Part shown: positions 30,741-40,640 of the stretch, one piece after another
Layout: each line of letters starts with the position of its first letter
How positions within the stretch are numbered: position 1 is the first letter of the stretch
Assembly (NCBI GenBank): GCA_963771465.1
Contig: CAVYTU010000017.1
Location: forward strand, 1,088,001-1,152,000
DNA: 64,000 nt
Source of the DNA: an uncultured delta proteobacterium
Lineage (GTDB): Bacteria > Desulfobacterota > Binatia > UBA9968
Direction: 5' to 3'
The notes under the pieces: generated by a model
The model's input: only the letters and a program-made list of their open reading frames with translations
Told to the model about the DNA's origin: nothing
The model's database searches: none
Translations under genes and position numbers: made by a program

Positions 30741-31733
30741 ATGGTAAACCGAAGCAGCATTGGATTGTCGCTTTTAATCCTATTGTCTTTCGGAAGTTAC
30801 ACTCCCAGCGCCGCCCAGGAGCGCGTCAAGATCGCCTACAGCTCGGCCGACGCGTCCAACGTCGTATGGTTCACCGCCTTGGATGGCGGCATTTATCGGA
30901 AGCACGGTTTGGACGTCGAACTCATCTTCATCCAAAGCTCGACCATGAGCGTCTCCACGTTGGTTTCGGGCGATATTCAGATTGCTAACAGCTCGGGTGG
31001 CGCGGTGGCGAGTGCCGTCGTTGCTGGGGCCAATTTGGTGATGACCGCCTGCTACATCAATACGCTGCCCTACGAACTGGTGGTTCAGGAGTCGGTCAAA
31101 TCGATCGAAGACTTGAAAGGCAAAAGCGTTGGCATCAGCCGCGTGGGAAGCGCCTCGGATGTGGCGGCACGGGTACTGATCAAAGGGTTGGGTTTGGAGC
31201 CGGTGAAGGACGTGCCGATCATGCAGGTGGGCGGTCCGTCGGAGCGGGCGGCGGCGTTTAGGACGGGTAAAATCGTCGGCTTTCCGTCACCGCCCGGAAC
31301 AATTCACCTTGCCAAAGGCATGCCCCATCGGATCATGATCAGCACGGCGGATTTTCAAAAGCGTTTCGATTTTCCGTATATTTGCTCGACGACCACAAAA
31401 AGCTATCTGGCGAGCAACCGGGAAACCATGAGAAAGCTCACGATGGCGCTCGTTGAAGCGACGCATTTTCTGAAGACCCGCAAGCAAGAGACCATGAAAT
31501 TCATCGCCAAGTACACGCGTCAGAACAATCCGCAGTTCTTAGAGTCATCCTGGGCCGCCAACGTAAAGTTGCATGATCGCGTTCCATTGGTTACCCGGGA
31601 AGGAACTGAGGTCCAGATCAAAGAGGCGCTGGCGCGAAAGCCCGGCGCTACTTTGCGCGTCGAGGATATCGTCGACGATAGTATTGTCAGAGAACTCGAA
31701 AAGAGCGGCTTCATCGACAAGGTTTACAAGTAA
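30741..31733 (+). CDS. NMT1/SsuA-type ABC substrate-binding protein
   Basis: YRKHGLDV, LKGKSVGISRVGSASD, ELEKSGFI. Confidence 0.85.
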   Translation: MVNRSSIGLSLLILLSFGSYTPSAAQERVKIAYSSADASNVVWFTALDGGIYRKHGLDVELIFIQSSTMSVSTLVSGDIQIANSSGGAVASAVVAGANLVMTACYINTLPYELVVQESVKSIEDLKGKSVGISRVGSASDVAARVLIKGLGLEPVKDVPIMQVGGPSERAAAFRTGKIVGFPSPPGTIHLAKGMPHRIMISTADFQKRFDFPYICSTTTKSYLASNRETMRKLTMALVEATHFLKTRKQETMKFIAKYTRQNNPQFLESSWAANVKLHDRVPLVTREGTEVQIKEALARKPGATLRVEDIVDDSIVRELEKSGFIDKVYK

Positions 31734-31757
31734 GCGCGTCGTTGAGGCCCGCAGCCA

Positions 31758-32348
31758 ATGATCAGCGCAGTGATTCTTTCCGCCGGTGAGTCGAGCCGCA
31801 TGGGACGGCCTAAAGCGCTGCTGCCGATCGACGGCCAGACTTTCATTGAGAAAATCGTCGGCGCGCTGAAAGGCGCTCAAATCGGCAAAGTGATCGTCAT
31901 CCTCGGTCATGATGCCGAGGAAATGCGCCGGCGCATCGAACATCTTCCGGTCGAGTTTCTGGTTAATCCGGACTATAAACTCGGTCAGTTGTCATCGCTG
32001 CAAGTCGCCGTGCGGCATTTAGAGAACACGGCCGACTGCGACGGCATGCTCGTCCATCTCGTCGACCATCCGTACATCGATGCAAAACTTGTCAAGGTTA
32101 TGATCGAGCGTTTTTACGACGGTGGTAAGCTCATCGTCGTCCCGCGCCACGGGAATAAGCGCGGCCATCCGGTGATTTTCTCGCGCAAGCTCTTCGCAGA
32201 ACTGCTCGCCGCGCCGATGGATCAAGGCGCCAAGGCCGTTGTCAACGCGCACCGCAACGAGACTTTGGAAGTTGACACCCAGGATTCTGGAGTCAACGTC
32301 GATATCGACACGCCGGAACTTTACCGGCAGCATGTTAAAGGAGAATAG
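31758..32348 (+). CDS. mocA: MocA/MobA-like nucleotidyltransferase (probable Moco cytidylyltransferase)
   Basis: LSAGESSRMGRPKALL, GQLSSL, LVDHP, RGHPVIF, DIDTP. Confidence 0.75.
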   Translation: MISAVILSAGESSRMGRPKALLPIDGQTFIEKIVGALKGAQIGKVIVILGHDAEEMRRRIEHLPVEFLVNPDYKLGQLSSLQVAVRHLENTADCDGMLVHLVDHPYIDAKLVKVMIERFYDGGKLIVVPRHGNKRGHPVIFSRKLFAELLAAPMDQGAKAVVNAHRNETLEVDTQDSGVNVDIDTPELYRQHVKGE

Positions 32349-33320
32349 ATGTCCAAGCTCAAACTCACTCTGGCCTGTGGCGATTACGACTTCTTGCGGC
32401 CCCTCATCAATGGCGAAATCCAACCCCAGGGAATCGAATTGAATGTCCTGACCATGCCGTCGCCGGAACGCCATGGACGCATGCTCAAGCATGAGGAATT
32501 CGATGTCTGCGAGCTGTCGTTGGTGGGCTATTTAGTTTCGCGTGATAAAGGCTGCGGCTACAACGCAATCCCGGTTTTTCCGCACCGCCGCTTCCGCCAC
32601 CAGTACATGGTGAAGCGCACCGGTTGCGGCATCGAAAAGCCATCGGATTTGAACGGCAAGCGGGTGGCGCTGGACACACTGCAAAATTCAGCCGGCCTGT
32701 GGATGCGCGGCATTCTTCAGGATCATTACAACGTCGATCTGAAAACCATCGAATGGTGGTGCCAGGAAGAAGAGGATATTCCCTTCGAGCCGGCGAGTTG
32801 GATGAACGTGAAGCGGGTGGCGCACGGCAAAAATGTCGATCAGATGTTGTTGGACGGCGAGTTGGAAGCAGCGTTGTATCCCGAGACTTTGCCGTCAATC
32901 CGCTCCGGCGATCCGAAGCTTGCTTTGCTATTTCCCGATCCCAAGAAAGCCGAGATGGACTACTACAAGAACGGCGGCCACTTCCCGATCATGCACACCG
33001 TGGTGGTGAAAAATCCTATCTTGGAAAAACATCCTTGGGTTGGCATCAGCTTGGTGCAGGCCTTCGAGAAAGCCAAGCAAATCTGCTACGCGCGCAATAG
33101 CGACCCGCGCAGTTTCGCTCTAGTCTGGGTGCAAGATTTGCTGCGCGAACAAAAAGAAATTTTCGGCGCCGATCCTTGGCCGTACAATGTGGACGACAAT
33201 CGCAAACCGTTAGAAGCCGTGATTCGCTACGAGTTCGAGCAGGGGATGATCAAGAAAAAGCCCAAGGTCGAAGAGTTGTTCTTTGCGCCAAGTCTGGAGC
33301 GCATCCAGCACTACGTGTAA
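32349..33320 (+). CDS. 4,5-dihydroxyphthalate decarboxylase-like protein (periplasmic-binding fold)
   Basis: LTLACGDYD, FDVCELS, IPVFPHRRFRH, FPIMH, DPWPY; no signal peptide. Confidence 0.8.
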   Translation: MSKLKLTLACGDYDFLRPLINGEIQPQGIELNVLTMPSPERHGRMLKHEEFDVCELSLVGYLVSRDKGCGYNAIPVFPHRRFRHQYMVKRTGCGIEKPSDLNGKRVALDTLQNSAGLWMRGILQDHYNVDLKTIEWWCQEEEDIPFEPASWMNVKRVAHGKNVDQMLLDGELEAALYPETLPSIRSGDPKLALLFPDPKKAEMDYYKNGGHFPIMHTVVVKNPILEKHPWVGISLVQAFEKAKQICYARNSDPRSFALVWVQDLLREQKEIFGADPWPYNVDDNRKPLEAVIRYEFEQGMIKKKPKVEELFFAPSLERIQHYV

Positions 33321-33378
33321 GCGCTTCGCGGTTTTGTTCAAATCCATATCGGACGTTGCGAATTTCAATTTCTCCTTC

Positions 33379-33464
33379 CGTCATACCGGCGAAAGTCGGT
33401 ATCCAGTATTTTTAGTGGCTTGAATTATGTGCAGCCCTGGATGCCGGTTTTCACCGGCGTGACG
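33379..33464. repeat. Inverted pair of REP-like GTCATNCCGGCGAA..GGNATCCAG elements
   Basis: cgtcataccggcgaaagtcggtatccag and ctggatgccggttttcaccggcgtgacg, between convergent genes. Confidence 0.75.
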
Positions 33465-33489
33465 AGTGGTTTTATCTCTGCGGTGCGTG

Positions 33490-34689
33490 TTAAGCGAACG
33501 GCTTCGCGCTTTGCGCGACTTCAATCGGAGTGGGAAACGTAAACTCCTCATTGCTGGCGTGGTCGAGTCCATAGCGGAGCAATTCCTGCACATCTAACTT
33601 CGCCTCGTCCGCTTCCACTTCAGCAAATCTCGCCTTGGTCGCCGGATGCTTTGGCACGAATAGCTGGCAGCAGTCCTGATCCGGCACTGCGGAAATATCG
33701 AATGTGCCGATGCGGCGCGACTGATCGACGATCTCCTGCTTATCCATGCCGACTAGCGGCCGCAGAATCGCCATCCGCGCCGCTTGCTGGATCACTGCCA
33801 TGTTGTCCAGGGTTTGCGAGGCCACTTGGCCAAGGCTCTCGCCGGTGATCAGCGCTTTGGCTTTTTCTTTTCTGGCGATCGCTTCGCCGATGCGCAGCAT
33901 CATGCGCCGGTAAAGCACGACGCGAAGCGGGCGCGCCACAGCGGCTACGATCTGGCGTTGGATTTCTCCGAAGGGCACCATGTAAAGCCTCGACTTGAAC
34001 TGATGACGCGTGAGCAAGGCGACCAGCTCCCGCACTTTTTCTTGCGATGTTTTGTCCTGGTACGGCGCGCTGTGAAAATGAACAAAGACGATGCGGCAGC
34101 CGCGCTGCATCATCCGATAAGCCGCTACCGGCGAATCGAAGCCACCGGAGATCAGCGTCACGACCCGGCCGCTGGCGCCCACGGGCAAGCCGCCGGCACC
34201 GGCAAGTTTGTTAAAACCAAAAAAAGCGTCGCGTGGCAGGACTTCCACCGTGACGGTGAACTCGGCATTCATCAAATCGACCCGCGCGCCGGTTTTTTCC
34301 TTCACCGCGGCGCCGAGCTGGCGATTGATCTCGGGCGACGTGAGCGGAAAAGTTTTATCACCGCGCTGGGTTTCGATACGAAATGATTCGAAGCGGCTGC
34401 CGTTGAGCGACGCAAGAATGCGGCTGCGCAAAGCGTCGATATCTCGCTCCGTGCGCTCGACAATGGAAAAATTGGCGACGCCAAACACTGAACGGATGCG
34501 TTCGATCGCGACATCGGCATTGACGTCGTTCTTGAAAGTGAGCAGCAGGCGAGCGGGCAGGCTGCGGATTTCCTTGGCACCGAGGTCTTTGACGGCCGCG
34601 AGAATGTTGCGCTTGAGCAGCTCGGTGAAATAAGCGCGATTACCTTTCTTGAGCGCGATTTCGTGATAGCGAATCAGAACGGAATCCAT
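33490..34689 (-). CDS. thiI: tRNA 4-thiouridine synthase ThiI (THUMP + PP-loop, no rhodanese domain)
   Basis: IRYHEIALKKGNR, GGLPVG, SGGFDS, TGESLGQVASQT, DCC. Confidence 0.93.
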   Translation of the reverse strand: MDSVLIRYHEIALKKGNRAYFTELLKRNILAAVKDLGAKEIRSLPARLLLTFKNDVNADVAIERIRSVFGVANFSIVERTERDIDALRSRILASLNGSRFESFRIETQRGDKTFPLTSPEINRQLGAAVKEKTGARVDLMNAEFTVTVEVLPRDAFFGFNKLAGAGGLPVGASGRVVTLISGGFDSPVAAYRMMQRGCRIVFVHFHSAPYQDKTSQEKVRELVALLTRHQFKSRLYMVPFGEIQRQIVAAVARPLRVVLYRRMMLRIGEAIARKEKAKALITGESLGQVASQTLDNMAVIQQAARMAILRPLVGMDKQEIVDQSRRIGTFDISAVPDQDCCQLFVPKHPATKARFAEVEADEAKLDVQELLRYGLDHASNEEFTFPTPIEVAQSAKPFA

Positions 34690-34771
34690 GAGGTAGAGAT
34701 AACAGAATCATCTTGCTTTTGCATGCCGGCGACCCTGTGCTAGTATCTCATGCAGTGAATAGGAGTCAGCT

Positions 34772-35098
34772 ATGAGCAACTTCAAAAAACTGTCCGATGC
34801 CATGCAGTTTTCACCGGAAAAGATGAAAAAAAATGGCGTCTTCGAAACGGACCATTTTTTTTGCGATACGTACTGTTTCGAACCTGGACAGAGCCAGAGC
34901 CCGCATACCCATGCCCACGAAGATAAAATTTACTATGTGCTCGAAGGGCGAGGGTCGTTTACCATTGGCGATGAAGAACGCGAGTTGGGCGCCGGCGAGA
35001 TCGCGCTGGCGCCGGCTGGGCAGAATCACGGCGTTGCCAACCGCAGCCAACAGAGACTCGTGACCCTGGTATTCGTCACGCCGAAGCCGCACCATTAA
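34772..35098 (+). CDS. Cupin domain protein
   Basis: PHTHAHEDK.YYVLEG, PAGQNHG. Confidence 0.85.
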   Translation: MSNFKKLSDAMQFSPEKMKKNGVFETDHFFCDTYCFEPGQSQSPHTHAHEDKIYYVLEGRGSFTIGDEERELGAGEIALAPAGQNHGVANRSQQRLVTLVFVTPKPHH

Positions 35099-35523
35099 TG
35101 ATTATGACTGCCGAACAAGAAGTCACCGAAGCCAACGCCGGCTTTTATCGTGCTTTTGAAACCCTGAAGCTCGACGCCATGGAACTCGTGTGGGCCAAGG
35201 ACGCCGATATCCAGTGCGGCCACCCGGGTTGGCGCATCCTGCGCGGTTGGGGGCCGGTGATGGAGAGTTGGAAGCGCATCTTCGAAAATACGCCATCGAT
35301 GACGTTCGAGCTAACAGACGTGAAAGTCGAGGTGCGCGGCGAATTGGCGTGGGTGACGCTCTACGAAAACTTGAACAGCACGATCGAGGGCCAGAATTAT
35401 TCAGCCGCCATACTCACGACTAATATGTTCCAGAAGACTTCTGAAGGTTGGCGCATGATTTTGCATCATGGGTCATCCGTGTCACAGCCGCCGGATCAAG
35501 ACGAGAGTTCGACGGTTCATTAG
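35098..35523 (+). CDS. SnoaL/NTF2-like protein
   Basis: ANAGFYRAFE, C.HPGW, TNMF...W.MILHHGS. Confidence 0.85.
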   Translation: MIMTAEQEVTEANAGFYRAFETLKLDAMELVWAKDADIQCGHPGWRILRGWGPVMESWKRIFENTPSMTFELTDVKVEVRGELAWVTLYENLNSTIEGQNYSAAILTTNMFQKTSEGWRMILHHGSSVSQPPDQDESSTVH

Positions 35524-35556
35524 ACCGTTGCAATTGTTGCGCGGATAGGCAGCTCG

Positions 35557-35754
35557 ATGAAACAGTTCGTCAAACGTGCCGCCGGATTTCTGTTTGTCTT
35601 ACTGTGCTTCATTACCTACATGTTCTTGTATCCTCAGTTGTACGACATCGTTGGTAAAATCCCATCACTCTTACTGTTCGTCGTCTTGATCTTCGTATGT
35701 TCGGGGGTTTATGGGTTTATCGTGAGTAGATCAGAACGCGGAGAGGGGCATTGA
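35557..35754 (+). CDS. Small two-TM membrane protein
   Basis: 65 aa with two hydrophobic helices; stop overlaps the next start. Confidence 0.55.
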   Translation: MKQFVKRAAGFLFVLLCFITYMFLYPQLYDIVGKIPSLLLFVVLIFVCSGVYGFIVSRSERGEGH

Positions 35755-36464
35755 GTTTGCGCGTTATTCAGGGAAAAACTGCATTGGTCACCGGCGCGGG
35801 GCGAGGCATCGGACGGGCGATCGCAATCGCGCTTGCCAAGGCAGGTTGTGACGTGTGCATCACCGCGCGCAGCATCGATCAACTTCTCGACGTGCAAAAA
35901 GAGATTTATGCCGTCAAGGGCAAAGCCGTACCGATTCAAGCCGATTTGACTCGTGACGACGATCTCGAAAGCTTAGTGCAATCCTGCGGCCCGGTGGATT
36001 TCCTGATCAATAATGCCGGTTGGGGCAAGCGCGCGCCGGTGGTGCGCTCGAAGATCGAGGATTGGGATCAAACCTTTCGCCTCAATCTGCGCGCGCCGAT
36101 GATTCTGGCGCAAAAGTTTTTGCCGCCGATGATCGAGAAAGGCGCGGGCGCCGTCATCAATATCGGCTCGGTGTCAGGTAAGAGCGGCGAAGCCAACGGC
36201 GCGGCCTACTCGGCGTCCAAGTTCGGTCTAATAGGCTTTACAGAATCGCTCTACGAAGAAGTCAGAGAACACGGTATCAAAGTTACGGTAATTCTGCCCG
36301 GCTTCGTCGACACACCGATGATTCCGCCGGTCAAACACTTGGATCGGAGTAAGATGATCCAAGCCGACGACGTAGCGCAAGCCGTACTCTACGTTCTCAA
36401 TTCGCCGCCGACGAGTTGTCCAGTCGAAATCTCCATCCGGCCGCAGCGCACGCCGTACCGGTAG
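35751..36464 (+). CDS. SDR family oxidoreductase
   Basis: TGAGRGIG, NNAG, YSASK. Confidence 0.93.
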   Translation: MSLRVIQGKTALVTGAGRGIGRAIAIALAKAGCDVCITARSIDQLLDVQKEIYAVKGKAVPIQADLTRDDDLESLVQSCGPVDFLINNAGWGKRAPVVRSKIEDWDQTFRLNLRAPMILAQKFLPPMIEKGAGAVINIGSVSGKSGEANGAAYSASKFGLIGFTESLYEEVREHGIKVTVILPGFVDTPMIPPVKHLDRSKMIQADDVAQAVLYVLNSPPTSCPVEISIRPQRTPYR

Positions 36465-36553
36465 ATTGCATTAGCCGACGGGTTGTCATGGCTGAATTGA
36501 ACTGTAGCACCTTACAGTTCAAAGCTACGGCGTACAAGTATCCTGTTGTAGGC

Positions 36554-36668
36554 ATACTGACCAGTATATTGGAAAAACCGCGAATAGAGGCTGGTTGACA
36601 AGTGGTTGATCGTAAAATTAAGGCGGGCAACTGTGATTCTTTGATTCCACCAACATACTGGTCAGTAT
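36554..36668. promoter_or_regulatory. Two copies of the operator-like palindrome ATACTG-NN-CAGTAT
   Basis: ATACTGACCAGTAT (36554-36567) and its exact reverse complement ATACTGGTCAGTAT (36655-36668), upstream of the epimerase gene. Confidence 0.6.
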
Positions 36669-36704
36669 ACTCAATCGTTATGCCGCGTAAGGAGAGAGGT
36701 CGCA

Positions 36705-37646
36705 ATGAAGGTTTTTGTCGCAGGTAGCACTGGGGTGGTCGGTAAGAACCTTGTGCCCCATTTGGTAGAGATGGGACACGAGGTGGTGGCCCTAGCGCGC
36801 ACCCCCCAGAAAGGCAAGGAAGTGGCGGCGCTCGGAGCGAAGGCCACTGTTGCCGACGCGCTCGATAAGGACGAACTAACGGCAGCCATCAGGCGAGCGG
36901 TGCCGGAGGTGATCATCCATCAACTCACTGCTCTCGTGGGCGTTGGCAATTTTAAGAAGCTCGACGACGAGTTCGCGCTAACAAATCGTTTCCGTACCGA
37001 GGTTACGGACACCATGCTGGCGGCTGCACGTCTTGTGGGCGCGCGACGATTCATCGCGCAGAGCTTCTGCGGCTGGCCGTTCGCGCGTGAGGGCGGCCCG
37101 GTTAAAATCGAGGAGGATCTACTCGACCCAACTCCCCCTGCCAGCTTCAGCAAGACTTTAGCGGCGATTCGCTACCTTGAGGAAGCGGTCCGCAGGGCCA
37201 CAGATATCGAGGCTTTCGCGTTGCGTTATGGGTTCTTCTACGGGCCTGGGACCTCGATCGCGAAGGGCGCGGCAATCGTCGAGCTCATCCGCAGGCGTCG
37301 GATCCCAATCGTGGGTAACGGTGCCGGCATCTGGTCGTTCATCCACATCCACGACGTCGCCCGGGCGACGGTCGCGGCGGTGTCTCGCGGTGCACCCGGG
37401 ATCTATAATGTCGTCGATGATGATCCAGCGCCTGTATCAACTTGGCTGCCCTTCCTTGCGGATGTCCTTGGCGCCAAGCCACCGTGGAACGTGCCAGTCT
37501 GGCTCGGCAAGGTCGCGATCGGTGATGGCGGCGTGTCGATGATGACGCAGATCCGGGGCGGCTCCAACGCTAAGGCTAAGCGCGAGTTCGGGTGGCAGCC
37601 AATTTACCCGAGCTGGCGGCGTGGCTTCGTCGAAGGGCTTGGATAG
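36705..37646 (+). CDS. NAD-dependent epimerase/dehydratase family (extended SDR)
   Basis: VFVAGSTGVVG, HQLT, LRYGFFYGPG, SFIHIHD. Confidence 0.9.
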   Translation: MKVFVAGSTGVVGKNLVPHLVEMGHEVVALARTPQKGKEVAALGAKATVADALDKDELTAAIRRAVPEVIIHQLTALVGVGNFKKLDDEFALTNRFRTEVTDTMLAAARLVGARRFIAQSFCGWPFAREGGPVKIEEDLLDPTPPASFSKTLAAIRYLEEAVRRATDIEAFALRYGFFYGPGTSIAKGAAIVELIRRRRIPIVGNGAGIWSFIHIHDVARATVAAVSRGAPGIYNVVDDDPAPVSTWLPFLADVLGAKPPWNVPVWLGKVAIGDGGVSMMTQIRGGSNAKAKREFGWQPIYPSWRRGFVEGLG

Positions 37647-37676
37647 CCTCATACGAGCAACTGAGAACATTGCCGA

Positions 37677-37985
37677 TTGATCTGGGATTCAATCACGAGA
37701 ATCGGTGTTTCATCCGTATGTGTGCGCCTTTCTGAACACCGTGATCCATGGGTCCGCTCTAATTCGCTTCTCGGTCTCTCTTGCGCAGCCCGCTTCCGAG
37801 GGAAAGTCGACAAAAATGTTGTAAAGCCCGTGCTGTTACGTGCCCTGAAGGATTGTGATTTGAGATTTGCAGCCGTTGCTGCAAGAGGTCATTGATGACA
37901 TCAATCATCTGAAGAATTGGCGCATAGGCGGAGCGAAAAGACAAAAGAAAATAGAAGCCAGATATGAAAGAAAAAAAGGGCTAAC
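37677..37985 (+). pseudogene. Decayed HEAT-like repeat gene fragment (cassette cargo)
   Basis: LSEHRDPWVRSNSLLGL...LLRALKD continues in another frame (EVIDDINHL); ends at an attC-like site. Confidence 0.35.
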
Positions 37986-38070
37986 CATGCGCTTGCAGAG
38001 AACCGGCAGATCGCCCTCTGGTTGCCATCCACGCCTCCCGCGGGGCGGTCGCTGAGCTTGGTAGTTATGC
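37979..38070 (+). mobile_element. Integron attC-like recombination site 1
   Basis: GGCTAAC-CATGCGCTTGCAG...GTCGCTGAGCTTGGTA-GTTATGC, with R''/L''/L'/R' architecture. Confidence 0.7.
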
Positions 38071-38084
38071 TTCTACGTCATAGC

Positions 38085-38850
38085 TTAATTGGCCACCATT
38101 CTGTCAAACTTCCGCACCTCAGCCCAGTACCGGGGCGGTATCAACAAACTGTGGATGACAGATCGAAGATTACACCGCTCAACGATCCCGTACGCACGGA
38201 TGAGGCTGGGGAGCAATTTATTCGGGCTGAGAAGAGTAGGCGGCGCACCTCGTCAGGTACGAGCAACGCCTGCACCTGAAGCAATAAGTGATAACGCCAA
38301 AAGCCCAGGTGCCGGCGGTACTGCCGGAAGAGAAGTGCGGTATTCCGGCTGTAAGCGAGATCGCGGTCGAGGTGGCGCCACCGGTCCCGTCGCCATTCAT
38401 CATAAGTCGCCGGTAACTCTGAGACGCGTAGCTCGTCGCCGATCCGTCGGAATACTGTGTACAAATCATATTGCTGAGAGGCCGAGAGCGGTCTGTAGAG
38501 CACCCGATAAGCGCGCTCCGAGTAATCAACGAGCATGTAGAGCACGTCGCGGTAGGCCCAATCCGGGATGGTTTGCCCGCGCTGGCGCTCGACCGATTCG
38601 TGTATCGCGTTTATGCGGCTAAGCGTATGCCGCGCCGTCTCTTCAGTTGCGAATACGATCTCCTGGGCGTAGCGGACTGTGGAGAAAAGTCGTCCTATGG
38701 GTCTCGGGGAATGTTACCGGTGAAGAAGAGCCAGTCGACGGCCCGGTTGAGCGCGAACTCCGCTGCCGAGCCTGCAAAGATAAGCAGTATGAGATCGGGG
38801 CTGCCCCAGATTGTACGTACGATTGAACGCCGGTCGACGAAATCACGCAT
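38085..38850 (-). pseudogene. MpaB/DUF2236-like (rubber oxygenase fold) gene with two frameshifts
   Basis: MRDFVDRRSIVRTIWG..FAGSAAEFALNRAVDWLFFTG; frameshift at ~38700 into GRLFSTVRYAQ...IPDWAYRDVLYML; a second probable shift near 38230. Confidence 0.7.
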
Positions 38851-38923
38851 CGCAAGCTAGCCGCCCTTGTGCAAGTAAGTTCGCTCGCGAGATACTGTAG
38901 CGCAGTCGGACGAGGGAAGGAGC

Positions 38924-39010
38924 GAAGCATAATAACGGCATGCAGCGGACGCGCAACAAGCAGGTCTACTTATCATCAAAGGCTCGCGCGCGCGGCTGAT
39001 GCGCTTAGAC
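38924..39010 (+). mobile_element. Degenerate attC-like site 2
   Basis: GAAGCATAAT-AACGGCATGCAGCGG...CGGCTGATGC-GCTTAGAC; its R'' is complementary to the R' of site 1. Confidence 0.55.
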
Positions 39011-39169
39011 CTAGGATCGAACTGAATTGTCCATCTACTTAATCTTGTGCGATTAGATTGTAGCGTCGTTCAGTTCAATCCCACAAAGGAATGGTCAACT
39101 TCTTCCCTTTTGCTCACATCTTGCCGTCCCTTTAGAGGAAAGGCAGGTCGAAAAAGGATAAACCGCCTG

Positions 39170-39602
39170 GAGTCGAAGCCGGACCAGGATCGAGGCCTCG
39201 CGCAAATGCGGCGCGTCCTCAAGCCTGGAGGTTGTCTTGCTATATCTACTTGGAAAGTCGCGCAAGGCGCCGACTTTACATCCAATTCTGAAAGAAATAG
39301 GAATTTCTCCCAGTCGCAATCCTGGCGGGATAACCGAACCGGATATTCTCGAAGCCTTAATTCTCTGCAATGGGTTCACTGGCATTAGCGTAAAGATGGA
39401 TTCAATGGATTTTCGCTATGCTAATGCGGAGGAGGTGTGGCAGACCGGACGCGGTACCGGGATGCGCCGCACTCTTGATACTCTCGATGCCACGCAAAAA
39501 CAGCGCGCGCTTTCGTTATTTACTGAACGCATGAAACCGCATCAGCGTGACGACGGGTTTTACCTTAGGGCGACGGCCCTCTTGGCTGTGGCGAGAAGCT
39601 GA
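39170..39602 (+). pseudogene. C-terminal half of a class I SAM-dependent methyltransferase, frameshifted
   Basis: PDQDRGLAQMRRVLKPGG.LAISTW then a frame change to LHPILKEIG...; the N-terminal SAM motif is missing. Confidence 0.6.
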
Positions 39603-39639
39603 TTCTCAAAGCCACCAAACCCGCCGACCTACCGCTGGA

Positions 39640-39744
39640 ACAGCCAAAAAGTTTGAGCTGATCGTCAACCTCAAAGCCGCGAAGCAGATCGGCCTCACGA
39701 TTCTGCAGAGAGTGCTAGGGCGAGCGGATAAGGTGATCAAGTAA
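39640..39744 (+). pseudogene. Orphan C-terminal fragment of an ABC_sub_bind-type substrate-binding protein
   Basis: KFELIVNLKAAKQIGLTI..VL.RADKVIK is the characteristic C-terminus of this family. Confidence 0.75.
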
Positions 39745-39897
39745 TTTTAGAAAGCCAACGGGAACGCTACGATTGAACTGAATTCTCCTACCATTAAAAC
39801 ATGCGAGCTTTTCCCGAATTGTTGATCGTTTAAAATTTTTAGAAACTCACCGTGAATTGTTGACCGCGCGCGGTGCGAGAACTCACTAGCGGCGCTG

Positions 39898-40581
39898 TTA
39901 CCTGCAAAGGCTATTGAGAAAATCGACCGTGACCGCTTCCAGGGTTTTGACGACAGCGTTGGCCTCATTGAGCAGTACCGCCGGATACGAGTTGGTCACC
40001 GCCAGACATTTCATGCCTGCGCTGCGCGCGCCTTTAATGCCTTCTTTGGAGTCTTCGATGACGACGCATTCGCTCGCGACGATCGGAGTGCGGTTGCTGT
40101 TCTGCTGATTCAACGCGGCCAGCGCTTTAAGAAATACATCAGGCTCCGGTTTACCTCGTTCCACATCTTCAGCGCTGATGATTACTTTGAAGTGATTGAT
40201 AAGGCCGGCGGTCGTGAGGATGGTTTCGATTTCGTTCCGCAGCGCGCCGGAGGCGACGGCCAACGGTAAGTTTTCAGCGAGGTCGACGACCAGCGATTTT
40301 ACACCGGGAAAGATCGCCACATGATTACGGATGGCTTCCTGGTAATAGACAGCTTTGCGCTCGATTAACTCCGCCAGTTTGTCATGGCTCAATGAGCGAT
40401 TGTGCTCGCGATAGCCGAAGCTGAAGGCGCCGCGGTCGTCGAAGCCAAGGTAGCGGGCGTAGTAGGCGTCTTTGGTTAAGGCAATTCCTTCCTCCGCAAA
40501 GACCTTTTGAAACAGCTCGAAGTGGATCGGTTCGTCGTCGACGATGATGCCGTTGAAGTCGAAAATTACCGCGCGCAGCAT
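39898..40581 (-). CDS. HAD-superfamily phosphatase (beta-PGM-like)
   Basis: IFDFNG, VASG, GKPEPD, VIEDS..G. Confidence 0.9.
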   Translation of the reverse strand: MLRAVIFDFNGIIVDDEPIHFELFQKVFAEEGIALTKDAYYARYLGFDDRGAFSFGYREHNRSLSHDKLAELIERKAVYYQEAIRNHVAIFPGVKSLVVDLAENLPLAVASGALRNEIETILTTAGLINHFKVIISAEDVERGKPEPDVFLKALAALNQQNSNRTPIVASECVVIEDSKEGIKGARSAGMKCLAVTNSYPAVLLNEANAVVKTLEAVTVDFLNSLCR

Positions 40582-40640
40582 GTTTTTAGCTTACAGGATT
40601 CGTCTTTTGTTTCAACGCGATCTGCGCTAGATAACAATCC

